DNA of 64,000 nt from IMG/VR virus record IMGVR_UViG_3300050821_007134, positions 64,001 through 128,000 of that record; one strand, given 5' to 3'. Within the stretch, counting starts at the first letter, position 1, and every line of letters begins with the position of its first letter. The position numbers and the translations under genes are program-made. Shown here one piece after another: positions 36,290-45,803 of the stretch. This stretch comes from a virus. Below the pieces are notes generated by a model, which saw only the letters and a list, made by a program, of their open reading frames with translations, did not search any database and was not told the origin of the DNA.

Positions 36290-36935
36290 CGAATTGAGCC
36301 TGTGGGATGGCCGCCCACGGTCACAGCGCGGATAGGAGGCCCCCATTGCAAAAGATGGAAATATGTGATCCCGCGACGTGTAGTCCTACGATTATTGGCT
36401 AATTCTACAGTAGACGTAGCCCAGCGACGATACACGTCTGGGTTGGCTGCCAGAGCCGAGATTCACTGGACGCTACGGGAAATGCAAGTCCTCAAGATTG
36501 GCGACACAAGCTTGGGGGATGACAAATCAAGTTTCTAGGCGCTGTCGGGGTTGATCGCCCGCAAGCCTAAAAGAGGTACAACTGCGCCCTCGGAGGGGTT
36601 GAAATCCCTGGCAGTGATATTTCACGAGCTATCCCACGGTGACCTCGGTGGGAGTAAGAGATAACCGGGTACTGGGTCTATTCTGTTGGTAGCTTACTGC
36701 ATAAGGAATAGATGATACGGTGAGAGGTCCATAAATCAAAGGCGGCGCTGACAGTGAAGCGCTAAGGTAAGTCGGACAACTAGGCCATAAAGATCGTACA
36801 CCGAAAGTCAAACACGGGGACGCCCGTTAGTGAACGAATAGAAAACGGTGACCTTTGGCCATAATCAGGTGACTATACTCGTGCGCGAGCCAATTCCTGA
36901 TCCCTACAGGCGGTCCGCAAGGGCCGCCCAATTTT
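36290..36935 (+). ncRNA. candidate large ornate non-coding RNA (~640 nt)
   Basis: GC-enriched, no credible ORF, more than 12 hairpins, pseudoknot, GNRA-capped terminal hairpin. Confidence 0.65.
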
Positions 36936-36943
36936 GAGGCTTT

Positions 36944-37138
36944 ATGACTGGAATGATGCATAGTAGACGAAGAACTCCCACATGTTGCAAATGTTATGTT
37001 TGCAAATGCAAATGCCACAGAAAATTGACTCCCAAGCAAATAAGAGCCCAAAAAAGAGAATTGATTATTTGTTTTGCCTTATTGGGAGTGTGTGTTTTAG
37101 GTTTGATTTGGCTGCATTTTCATTACGGTGTTTCTTGA
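36944..37138 (+). CDS. small Cys-rich membrane protein
   Basis: GAGG RBS, CCKC..CKCKC, C-terminal TM. Confidence 0.4.
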   Translation: MTGMMHSRRRTPTCCKCYVCKCKCHRKLTPKQIRAQKRELIICFALLGVCVLGLIWLHFHYGVS

Positions 37139-37890
37139 GCGCTATATTGATTATGATTTTCTTTAATATAAGCGATTTTGCCTTTTTTATTGAATCCAAA
37201 GCCCCTAGCCAAATAAGTCAAAGTACATCGACAATGAGGATGAAGCCCAAATGCAGAGGGTGTATCATCGCCTCGCTTATGATATGACTGCTTTAATTCG
37301 CTGAACTTCCATACTCTGGGAGTAACTCCATCAGGCATCATATGAAGTCTTAAACATTCTTTACAAGTAGTAGAGTCTCGGACAATCACAAAAAATACCA
37401 AGGGATCTGAATCGTTGATACTCGAAGCTACTCGGGTAATATCCATCATTCTGCCAACATTACGAATTTTTGTACTTTCAGATTCAGCGATTAGTTTCAT
37501 ATGAGCTTTAGCTTTTCGCATTTCTTCAGAAACGACGGCTTGAATTGCTTTGTCATCAACTTTGTCGCCCTTAGCCTTAGCCTCTTTGATTAGTCCATCA
37601 ATGCTTTCCGTGAGGTTAGACTGAGTACGACTCTTGAGAGAATCAATATAGCCGTAAGTGCTTTCTAGCATAGACTTAAGAGCATCTTGTTCAAACATAT
37701 TGGGATTTTTATTAGCCATGGATTGAACGAATAAGTGTGCGAGACCTAAGTTCTTCTGACCAGAAATTGCAAGATATTTTTTATGGGCTAGACGTGGGAT
37801 ATGGCCAAGGAAGCTCAAAGCCAGTTTGTCGAACATGTCCTCAATTATGGTTTTGATAGCGTCTTTACCGCTACTGGACATGCCGATCAT
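37123..37890 (-). CDS. head morphogenesis protein (Mu gpF/SPP1 gp7-like)
   Basis: IAESE...TCKEC...LHPHCRC motif; downstream of portal. Confidence 0.75.
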   Translation of the reverse strand: MIGMSSSGKDAIKTIIEDMFDKLALSFLGHIPRLAHKKYLAISGQKNLGLAHLFVQSMANKNPNMFEQDALKSMLESTYGYIDSLKSRTQSNLTESIDGLIKEAKAKGDKVDDKAIQAVVSEEMRKAKAHMKLIAESESTKIRNVGRMMDITRVASSINDSDPLVFFVIVRDSTTCKECLRLHMMPDGVTPRVWKFSELKQSYHKRGDDTPSAFGLHPHCRCTLTYLARGFGFNKKGKIAYIKENHNQYSAQETP

Positions 37891-37893
37891 TTG

Positions 37894-38610
37894 TTAGTCC
37901 TTTTTCAGGCCTTCAACAGAAATAATATTGGAGACAGACTTTTGTACTTTAGATTCTTCGGCAGCCCATGACTTCATGATTCCGTCGACCATTTTCTCTT
38001 GCATGTTAAGAGCTTTTGTTTGGTTTGAATCAAGATTATGAGAAGCTACCATTCCAATTTTAAAATTGTGTTTGGCAGGACCCTTTAAAGCTTTTGCAAT
38101 TGCAGGAATTGCGGCTTGTGACTTTTTAAGGCCTTCATATTGAGTCTTTTTTAAATTGTAGGCTCTTTCGAATTCACTTTTTTTAAGATAGAATTCTTTT
38201 ATTCCAGCGATAGATTTCTTAATTTCTTCTTCACCGCCAGGAGCAGAAGCCGATCCAGGTTGAGAAACGATACCTTCAAGTTTTGCAATATGTTGATCAA
38301 GTTCCGATTGATTTGGGCCAGCCATTTGAGGTTCACCTTCGCCTGGAGGTTGCTGACCTTCTTGGCCTGGTTCTTGACCTTCTTCTCCGGGCTGTCCGCC
38401 TTCGATAGGATTACCATTTTCATCTACTTGTTGGCCAGCGGCAGCGGCCTGTGCATCTGCGGCAGCTTGAACAGCTTGGTCCATCTGAGCATCTTTGCCA
38501 CCCTGTTCGTAACCAAGGCGAAAAGCCATGTCCATAGACTCTGTAAATTTAAGTCTTAAAGCATGATATTTCTTTTTATAATCGACTTCCATAACTTTCC
38601 TCTTCTTCAA
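37894..38610 (-). CDS. putative head-associated protein
   Basis: between portal and gpF; Q/P/G-rich; IKKS, LKKS, IMKS, VQKS motifs. Confidence 0.55.
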   Translation of the reverse strand: MKKRKVMEVDYKKKYHALRLKFTESMDMAFRLGYEQGGKDAQMDQAVQAAADAQAAAAGQQVDENGNPIEGGQPGEEGQEPGQEGQQPPGEGEPQMAGPNQSELDQHIAKLEGIVSQPGSASAPGGEEEIKKSIAGIKEFYLKKSEFERAYNLKKTQYEGLKKSQAAIPAIAKALKGPAKHNFKIGMVASHNLDSNQTKALNMQEKMVDGIMKSWAAEESKVQKSVSNIISVEGLKKD

Positions 38611-40444
38611 GCGAATCTTCTACGAACATTTTTAACATATCCATAGCGTAAGGTCTAGGAGCAAAATAAGCTTTCACGGCGTTAGGATTAACTTCAGCCA
38701 TTAATTGCATCCATTGTAAGAAAAATGGATCTCTCTTGTATTTCAATAGTGGATCTACAATGGCAGCTGGGCTGTCCATAGTTTCGGCCTTAATTTCGGC
38801 CACATTCATATATTTGTCGGCGAGTAGCTGCCATCGTTCATTGAATGGAACTGCGCCGCCCATGTAAGTTCCAATTGGATCTTTATCCACTTGTTGGAGA
38901 ACTTCATCATAGGTCATGTGAGTCGGCATGTCTTGTTGTAGACGCTGAGACTCCTGTTCTTTACTTTGGGCATCCAATCCTGCAAGTCTGATTTCACAGA
39001 GTTTAGCGAGCAATGGATCTATTAAGGGTAAGAGCTTCTCATTTAAAAATGTTTGAAAGTGGAGTAGGAGAGGTCGTAAACCTGTATCGCGAGAAGCTGT
39101 GAGTTTAAATTCATTGTTACTTTCAGAGAGAGTTTGGGAATTTGTTCCACGGGATAAGTGGTTATAACCAGGCAATTCGTCGGGAGAAATGTTGAATGCT
39201 GATAAAATGTTTCGGCAAGTTTGGTCGTACATGTATTGGAAGTCGCCATCGTGCATCCCTTCACCGGTCATTGATAACCAGTCAACTTTATCGTCTTTAC
39301 CTACACCGAAGATAGGTGTTCTAAAAGAGTTACTTACTGAATTGATGGCAGCGTTGAACTGCAACTTGACGTTGTTGAGGACTGCTTCATCAACTTCGTC
39401 AGACTGTATGAGCAATAACCCTTTTGAGGCTCTGCCGTTTTGGAAATAGAGTTTTTCGTATGTGTCGATTGAAATGTGGGTCGTGATACACTGGATACAT
39501 GTATCAATAGGGCTAAGAGGATAGCCATTATGCTCAACGTCAGTAGACGGAAAAAGATTGGTAACAAGAAGCTCTTCATGGGTAAAGGCTTGTCTTGGGA
39601 GTCCGTCGATGACTTGGAGCCATGCATATTGATCTTCCTTTAACTTTCTCGAATCAATACTTGGTTTCTCACCAGACAATGCTTCGAGCATTTTGATAGC
39701 GACTTCTCGTAGGTTATTCCCTATGTATTCGCCCTTACGAACAGTTTTGTAAATTGTTCCGATATCAACTGGTCTGAAACGATTAAATTTGGGAACTTCA
39801 CCTGATCGGTCATAAATTATTTCTGTACCAAACCTACCAAAAGAAAGACCGTTTCTTGATTGAATATCTAAAAATTCTGCGATATTCATTTTATCTTGCT
39901 GCTCAAGACCTTCAGAATGTCCGCAAGACATTAAGATATTTTCAAGTTGTTTCATCTTGAATTCAACTTTTTCACGTTGTTCGGGGGTGAGTATTTTTTC
40001 GAGTTCGGCTTTTATGGCAATTTCAAGACCTGTGTCAAATCGATCTTTTCTTACATGGCCGTAAAGGCTGAGCATGTTACCACGAGCACGCAGGATCGCA
40101 GCGACCAAATGATCTTGAATACGGATTTGTTTAATTACATCGTCTGGTAGTAAACGTCTTTTGGATTTGAAAAGGCCTAAATAGTTCTCAGATGGGGCCG
40201 GATGTTCCGTAAACGCAAGACGTGGCGCTTTTTTCGTAGCTGACCCAGATGCTTCACTAAGAATGTACATCAAAGGAGACTTAGGATTAGCAGCCTCATA
40301 ACCAGCTTTTCTTAGCTGGGAGTCCGCATTCTGAGTAGTAGCGAAAAGAACTTTTTGTCCTTTAGTCACCGCATCAGTAATAGCGGCAGCGGCATTCATA
40401 GCCGCAGCTTGTTCTTCGTTGGTTGGTTTTTTCTCGTCTGCCAT
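38576..40444 (-). CDS. portal protein
   Basis: GYPLSPID...YFQNG...KGLL...PIFG...DFQY...ILSAFNISPDEL...GLRPLL pattern; follows terminase. Confidence 0.85.
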   Translation of the reverse strand: MADEKKPTNEEQAAAMNAAAAITDAVTKGQKVLFATTQNADSQLRKAGYEAANPKSPLMYILSEASGSATKKAPRLAFTEHPAPSENYLGLFKSKRRLLPDDVIKQIRIQDHLVAAILRARGNMLSLYGHVRKDRFDTGLEIAIKAELEKILTPEQREKVEFKMKQLENILMSCGHSEGLEQQDKMNIAEFLDIQSRNGLSFGRFGTEIIYDRSGEVPKFNRFRPVDIGTIYKTVRKGEYIGNNLREVAIKMLEALSGEKPSIDSRKLKEDQYAWLQVIDGLPRQAFTHEELLVTNLFPSTDVEHNGYPLSPIDTCIQCITTHISIDTYEKLYFQNGRASKGLLLIQSDEVDEAVLNNVKLQFNAAINSVSNSFRTPIFGVGKDDKVDWLSMTGEGMHDGDFQYMYDQTCRNILSAFNISPDELPGYNHLSRGTNSQTLSESNNEFKLTASRDTGLRPLLLHFQTFLNEKLLPLIDPLLAKLCEIRLAGLDAQSKEQESQRLQQDMPTHMTYDEVLQQVDKDPIGTYMGGAVPFNERWQLLADKYMNVAEIKAETMDSPAAIVDPLLKYKRDPFFLQWMQLMAEVNPNAVKAYFAPRPYAMDMLKMFVEDSLEEEESYGSRL

Positions 40445-40445
40445 G

Positions 40446-41387
40446 TTATCCTACTAAAGCCATCCAAACATTAGCCGGGTTGATGCTATTGTTTTGGATC
40501 GACAAGGAATAAATCGTATCTGTTCGTACAAAGACGCCAGGAAGGGTCGAACTGTCTGAAACGAAAGGTCGAACGGTACCGGCTGCTACCCCGTTAATTA
40601 TCAGAGAACAGGGCTGATCGGCCTCTAAATAAATAAAAGAAAGCGCAGCTTCATATATGGCAACCTGAGTCATTATGTTAGATTCTTGTGGAAGGACCCC
40701 AGCGAAGAAAAATTCAAGAGAATTCGAATAAACTTGTGTGATCGCATAATTCCCGAAACTAGCTGGCGAGAATCCAGAACTGATATTCAGGGTATCGCCG
40801 ATTTGAACTCCTGCGGCACTAAAAACATCTACTTGACTTGCGAATCCGGTGCCTAAAGTGATGGGACCTTCCGATACGCCTTGGTCATTAATTACTGAAA
40901 TGCTAGTCGCCGTATGGGAAATAACTTGCCAAACACCTTGATTTAAGATATTGAAAAGATTACCAATTTTGACAGAATCGCCATCTGAAATTGAAGCAAA
41001 ATTAAATGGGGTTCCAGCCGTGGAAGCATAGGTCGATACGGGACCATTTTGGGTAACCGTAACTTGAGTCGTTGCGTCTGAACCGATTGCGCGATCCGCT
41101 CGGAATGCGGGAGCCGTTCCGCCTGTCCAGGAAAGTACATAAGTATTGGTACTTAGGGGCTTTAATGCAATACTGTATTGAGTTGTTCCATCTTGAGAAG
41201 TTGATCTGACCTTATTAAAGAGACTTTGAGACTCTCCAGGGGCTAGACTTAAGCTGTCACTTTCGGCATTATTAATTTGTAAACCATTGATATCTCTAGC
41301 CCATTTGAAGTTGGACATGCTTGGTGCATTGCTAGGATTTTGGTCAGAATAAGCGTTCAAAAAGAATAAAAGATTGAATGTTCGCAT
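40446..41387 (-). CDS. putative virion structural protein
   Basis: beta-rich, S/T/G-rich; late motif at 41420-41426. Confidence 0.5.
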   Translation of the reverse strand: MRTFNLLFFLNAYSDQNPSNAPSMSNFKWARDINGLQINNAESDSLSLAPGESQSLFNKVRSTSQDGTTQYSIALKPLSTNTYVLSWTGGTAPAFRADRAIGSDATTQVTVTQNGPVSTYASTAGTPFNFASISDGDSVKIGNLFNILNQGVWQVISHTATSISVINDQGVSEGPITLGTGFASQVDVFSAAGVQIGDTLNISSGFSPASFGNYAITQVYSNSLEFFFAGVLPQESNIMTQVAIYEAALSFIYLEADQPCSLIINGVAAGTVRPFVSDSSTLPGVFVRTDTIYSLSIQNNSINPANVWMALVG

Positions 41388-41433
41388 TTAAAAATCCTCT
41401 GTACGGTGCAAGACTACATTAAGATTACTGGCA

Positions 41434-43284
41434 TCAGAAGGACCAGGAAAATCCGCCCTTCTTTCCAGTACCTCCAGAATGTTTACCGCCGCCTAGACGG
41501 TTGGCGATCTCATCCCTCATTTGTTGCTCGGCGGCTGGATTAGAGGATTTTTGGCCATTTTCTTCAGGAGTGACCATTTGTGGCTTTTGAGGACCCTTGA
41601 TTGGGAAAACGTTTTGGGCAACGTATCGCATGGCGTCAGATTGGTCGGCTACTCCTGGCGTGTCATCGGGCTCCAAAGTCGGGTTTCCGGCGGCATCCAG
41701 TTTAAAGTGATGTTTTACGAACGCTTCAACAATTCTCTTTGTGGCTTCGGTCAAAAGAACTTTAAGAAGTCTTCGTCCATAACCATCCAAAATCTTTGAT
41801 CGTAGAGCTTCTATGCCGCCCATAACGTCTTTTTTGAAGTCGGGGGATCTCATACCATTCCTGTTGAATGATTTGAGTGACGCGGGCATGGCAGTGTCAC
41901 AGAACCATTTATCGACGTTGTAGCGATCTCGGTACTTTTTGGCTATTTCCAACTGATCGGCGAATTCTAAGCCTGGGGAACTGAAACAGTCAACAATCCA
42001 GACTTCACCGTTTGGAATCATGGCAAAAATGACAATAACGAAATCATGCGTGTATCCCCAGTCAACTCCGGCGTAGAATCTAATACCGAGATTTCGCATG
42101 ACCAAAAGAAGTTCGTTTTCGGTAACTTTCTTTCTAAACTCACCCATGAGAGTTTCATAGGCTTTTTCTAAAGTGACCAGATTGCCATTGTTTATGGTTG
42201 ATTCGAAACGAGGATAAACTAAGCCCTTTGAAGATGGTTTCCAGCACATTAACTGTGCTTCTCCCATGTCGGGACTTGTTTTTTTGAAATTGTTTATGAT
42301 GACATCGATTGGCTTATATAGGCCGCCAGTATTCTTGTCTGGTCTGTGGGCAAGGCCCATTTTACAAACAGGCAATAACGCACAATTTTTACATCCAGAA
42401 TAAACTTGAGAGATTTTCTCATATTTTGGTTGTTCGACATCTTGCAAATTATTGTAATCGTCAACTGAGATTTGTTTTAATGGAAGAGATTTAGCAATAT
42501 ATCGGTCTTCTTTAGGGCCGTCTGGAAGATGTCTTTCTGGAGGGCATTTCTCGGCCACATCCACAATATTCCAGCGTAAGATAACATCCCCTGTGATCGG
42601 GGCCATATCAAGTTCTTTTTGCATTAAACCGAATGCGAATTTTCTTGTAGATAGTTTGATCGTAAGAGGGTAAATTCCTTTGGTATATCCAGGAATTAGC
42701 TTAGCTTCATCATAGGCCAATGGATCTTTAACAACGTCGATTTCATCAACGAATAAAAGAGATGTATGCTCTGAATTCGCACCCGATAATGTAGCAATAA
42801 CGATTTTGATGTAAACGTCTTCGCCGCCCGGAGTACGATATTCAACTTTGCTTTTATTTTGACTTCTATTAACCCATCCAGCGACATCGAGCAATGGTTG
42901 AATTTTATTGAAAAAATAGTTAATGTACTGGATTGACTTAGCAGATTGAGATTGAATGGCCGCCATGTGAGCTATGGTGACTTCAAAATGTAACATGAGT
43001 AGGGTTTCAAGGATGGAAGCCGAAAGAGTCTTAAATCCCTCGCGACAAGATAGCATGATAAAACCAGGAGTTTTATTTCCTGTGTTATCTTTGATCGTTT
43101 TGTATATGGTCCACATTGCATCAACAGGACTGCTGTTACTGTCGGCGTCAATGAATCCCACGGGCATATCGAGGCCGAAAAAAATCTTTATCCAAGACTT
43201 TAAATGGGCAGCACTTTCTAGAGGAGCAAATAGTTGCTCCGCCATTTCTTGCAGTTTTTCTGGTGTTTGCTCTCTAAAATTCAT
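41434..43284 (-). CDS. terminase large subunit (probable start MNFREQ at 43284)
   Basis: Walker A-like SCREGFKT, Walker B LLFVDE, LST motif III, nuclease GVDWG and DQSDAMRY. Confidence 0.85.
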   Translation of the reverse strand: MNFREQTPEKLQEMAEQLFAPLESAAHLKSWIKIFFGLDMPVGFIDADSNSSPVDAMWTIYKTIKDNTGNKTPGFIMLSCREGFKTLSASILETLLMLHFEVTIAHMAAIQSQSAKSIQYINYFFNKIQPLLDVAGWVNRSQNKSKVEYRTPGGEDVYIKIVIATLSGANSEHTSLLFVDEIDVVKDPLAYDEAKLIPGYTKGIYPLTIKLSTRKFAFGLMQKELDMAPITGDVILRWNIVDVAEKCPPERHLPDGPKEDRYIAKSLPLKQISVDDYNNLQDVEQPKYEKISQVYSGCKNCALLPVCKMGLAHRPDKNTGGLYKPIDVIINNFKKTSPDMGEAQLMCWKPSSKGLVYPRFESTINNGNLVTLEKAYETLMGEFRKKVTENELLLVMRNLGIRFYAGVDWGYTHDFVIVIFAMIPNGEVWIVDCFSSPGLEFADQLEIAKKYRDRYNVDKWFCDTAMPASLKSFNRNGMRSPDFKKDVMGGIEALRSKILDGYGRRLLKVLLTEATKRIVEAFVKHHFKLDAAGNPTLEPDDTPGVADQSDAMRYVAQNVFPIKGPQKPQMVTPEENGQKSSNPAAEQQMRDEIANRLGGGKHSGGTGKKGGFSWSF

Positions 43285-43456
43285 GTGATCTTTTTCCAGG
43301 CTACCGTTATCAAATAAGAGATGCCTAACAAACAAAGATGTATGTGCAGTCCTTTTTGATAGCCGCTATGTCTTACGGAATGCTTCATTATGTGAATCAT
43401 TAAAATCGAATGGTCACCATGCATTTCGCAGGCTTCGATTTCAACTCCTAAGATGT

Positions 43457-43972
43457 TCACTCAGTTTCGCTTTTTGGCATCGTATCAACGACAGGCGTTT
43501 CTTTTTCCTTCAAGAAAATATTTACAAGCGATTGAGTGGCTGGAGCCGCTTCTTTAATTGCTTTGTGTCTATCGTTGTACAGCTTTAAAAGTTCGTCAGC
43601 ACTTGGCTGAGGAATGACTTCTTTTGAAAATGCACGTCTTTGAGTATGATTTGATACTTGCGCATTTCTGGCTATGATCTCATCTGGAGTCAGTTCCGTG
43701 GGTTTCTTTTTAAGGGGTTTTTCTCCCTGACTAAAACCAATGCTAGTTAAATCTAGTCCATTTTGAAGAGCATATTTTTTAAGCATGACAAGTGCTAAAT
43801 GAAGTTGTCTTATCTCTTCATTGGCCTTATCAAGTGCCGCCAAGGCATCATACAACTGAGCCTCGGTGTCCACGGGAGATTGCTCGACTAGATCGGATTC
43901 AGAAACTCCACTTAGACCTACACCTAGATCCAATTGATTCACATTCAATTCTTCTTCATGTTCGTCTGACAT
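43457..43972 (-). CDS. hypothetical coiled-coil protein
   Basis: abuts GroEL stop; upstream of terminase. Confidence 0.55.
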   Translation of the reverse strand: MSDEHEEELNVNQLDLGVGLSGVSESDLVEQSPVDTEAQLYDALAALDKANEEIRQLHLALVMLKKYALQNGLDLTSIGFSQGEKPLKKKPTELTPDEIIARNAQVSNHTQRRAFSKEVIPQPSADELLKLYNDRHKAIKEAAPATQSLVNIFLKEKETPVVDTMPKSETE

Positions 43973-45745
43973 TTAGGGCCTCTCATTCGCTTCGTTTACA
44001 TATTGATCGGCCTGTGATGTCGCTCGACCGAATTCAGCGTCAGCCTTGGCTTCAGATCTTTCGAACTGATCGTCCCTAGGATGGCATACGATGCCGCCGC
44101 AGGTTCCAAGGATGGTTGCGATACTTACCGCATTAGATAAAGATTCCTCCACAGCCTTCGTGGCGTCAAATAGGCCTAACTCCTCAGCTTTTCCGAATCG
44201 TTGATTTTCAATGTCGTAGACTTCGTCAGGACTTTCGATCAATTTCCTAATAACGGCTTCGGCTTCTTCCGGGATGTATCCGGAGTTATCCAGAAGCTTA
44301 TTCGGTAGCGAAAGGAGGGACGGCATGAGTACTTCCCTTGCCGGGTCTCCGGCCTCAAGCTCAGAATCCAGCTTAAGCGCCATGTCGATTGCGATTCGGC
44401 AGCCGCCTGGCAAAGCTCCATGTTTAATGGCGCTTCTGACTGCGCATACGGCGTCTTCGCATCTATCGTGAGCTTCTTTGAGTTCGCCATTTGAACCCCC
44501 ATAAATGGTTAATTTGGCAATACCGTTTGTAATTTTACCCAATCGTTCTTGAAGCCATATTCTATCGGCTTCGGATTCGGCACCTTCCATCATTTTGTTA
44601 AGTTCTTCTGCGCGCATTTCTACCAATGTAGTATCGGGGTTACCGATAACTGTGGATCGAAACCTGTAGCATTCAAAAGACTCTGAACCAACACCAAGTT
44701 GACCCATATGTCCATTCTGAACTGGGTCCTTCATACTGAACACTTTGGCCCCAGTAAAGGCGGCCAAATCATGTAAGAAGTGGAGTTGACTATTAGTGAA
44801 CTGATGCATTGGCGTAACCAGTGGAACAACATTCAATGTGTTTGGATTGTTCATGTTAAACGCCAATTGCGTCAGGACTGTTTCGCTAAAACCATGAGCA
44901 ACGATTACAATATTCTTGTAATCACTGTCACCTTCTTCAACGAACTTTTTTCCGCAGCTGTCTAAAAGGCCTTGGAAACCCATTAAATCATTTACATTAC
45001 CGTCATAAAGGATGTAGAGAGGTTTTTCTAAGTAGCATCTTTGGTTGGCTTGATCATTGATGAATGCTGTGTGAAATTTACCAATACTCTCTTCGTATCC
45101 CATAGGAATAGGAAACCCATCGATTCGCTCGACCTTATATCCGGATTTTCCGGAAAGTTCGCGAATTGTGACGTGGGAACTATCTCCATACCCTACTTCT
45201 TCAAATGCTTGGATAACGGCATTGGCCATATCAGTATCGCCATTGGCGCTGACAGTCGCAACCATCTTAAGCATTTCTTTATTATCTACGCCGACTTTAA
45301 TGCTACGAGAACGAATGTAAGGAACCAATAATTCTTTGGTTACTTTTGCAATTCGTCTAGCGGCTTTCTGAGGGCTGTATTTTGGATTCTTTTTACAGAA
45401 ATCAAATAAGTTAGCTATAATGTTATAAGAAAGGATGGTAGCCGTAGTGGTACCGTCTCCCGCTTCGGATGCGGTTCTCTTAGCGGCATCGCGAGCTTGC
45501 TCGGTGATCAAATGCTCATATGCATCGATTGCGCCTAGACTGTCAAAAACAGTAACGCCGTCTTTTGTATTTTTGTTGCCGATTCCAGGGAAATCACTTT
45601 CTATTAAAATATTCATGCCGCCGGGGCCAAGCGTTCTTCCAACGGCTTCTGAGACACGGTGCATCGTTTTAAGAATTTTATTCTGAAGTGTTTTTTTGTC
45701 GATCTCATAAACCTTAGGGGCCGACTTCGCTTTTCTATAAGACAT
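43973..45745 (-). CDS. groEL: GroEL-like chaperonin (start MSYRKAK at 45745)
   Basis: TLGPGG, TKDGVTV, GDGTTTAT, SANGD, EDAVCAVRSA, PGG; AGGAGG RBS. Confidence 0.92.
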   Translation of the reverse strand: MSYRKAKSAPKVYEIDKKTLQNKILKTMHRVSEAVGRTLGPGGMNILIESDFPGIGNKNTKDGVTVFDSLGAIDAYEHLITEQARDAAKRTASEAGDGTTTATILSYNIIANLFDFCKKNPKYSPQKAARRIAKVTKELLVPYIRSRSIKVGVDNKEMLKMVATVSANGDTDMANAVIQAFEEVGYGDSSHVTIRELSGKSGYKVERIDGFPIPMGYEESIGKFHTAFINDQANQRCYLEKPLYILYDGNVNDLMGFQGLLDSCGKKFVEEGDSDYKNIVIVAHGFSETVLTQLAFNMNNPNTLNVVPLVTPMHQFTNSQLHFLHDLAAFTGAKVFSMKDPVQNGHMGQLGVGSESFECYRFRSTVIGNPDTTLVEMRAEELNKMMEGAESEADRIWLQERLGKITNGIAKLTIYGGSNGELKEAHDRCEDAVCAVRSAIKHGALPGGCRIAIDMALKLDSELEAGDPAREVLMPSLLSLPNKLLDNSGYIPEEAEAVIRKLIESPDEVYDIENQRFGKAEELGLFDATKAVEESLSNAVSIATILGTCGGIVCHPRDDQFERSEAKADAEFGRATSQADQYVNEANERP

Positions 45746-45803
45746 CTTGTGTCCTCCTGTTTCTCGCTTTGTATATATCACAACTCCATGATATACAAAG
45801 CGT

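Noticed and set aside
36175-36811. ORFs 36175..36435(-), 36221..36538(+) and 36629..36811(-)
   Set aside because: No RBS, non-ATG or weak starts, atypical composition; they overlap the tRNA-like gene and structured RNA
36290-36935. Group I/II intron, tmRNA or RNase P identity for the large RNA
   Set aside because: No P/Q/R/S set, no domain V, no tmRNA termini, no GAGGAAAGUCC; no interrupted gene flanks it
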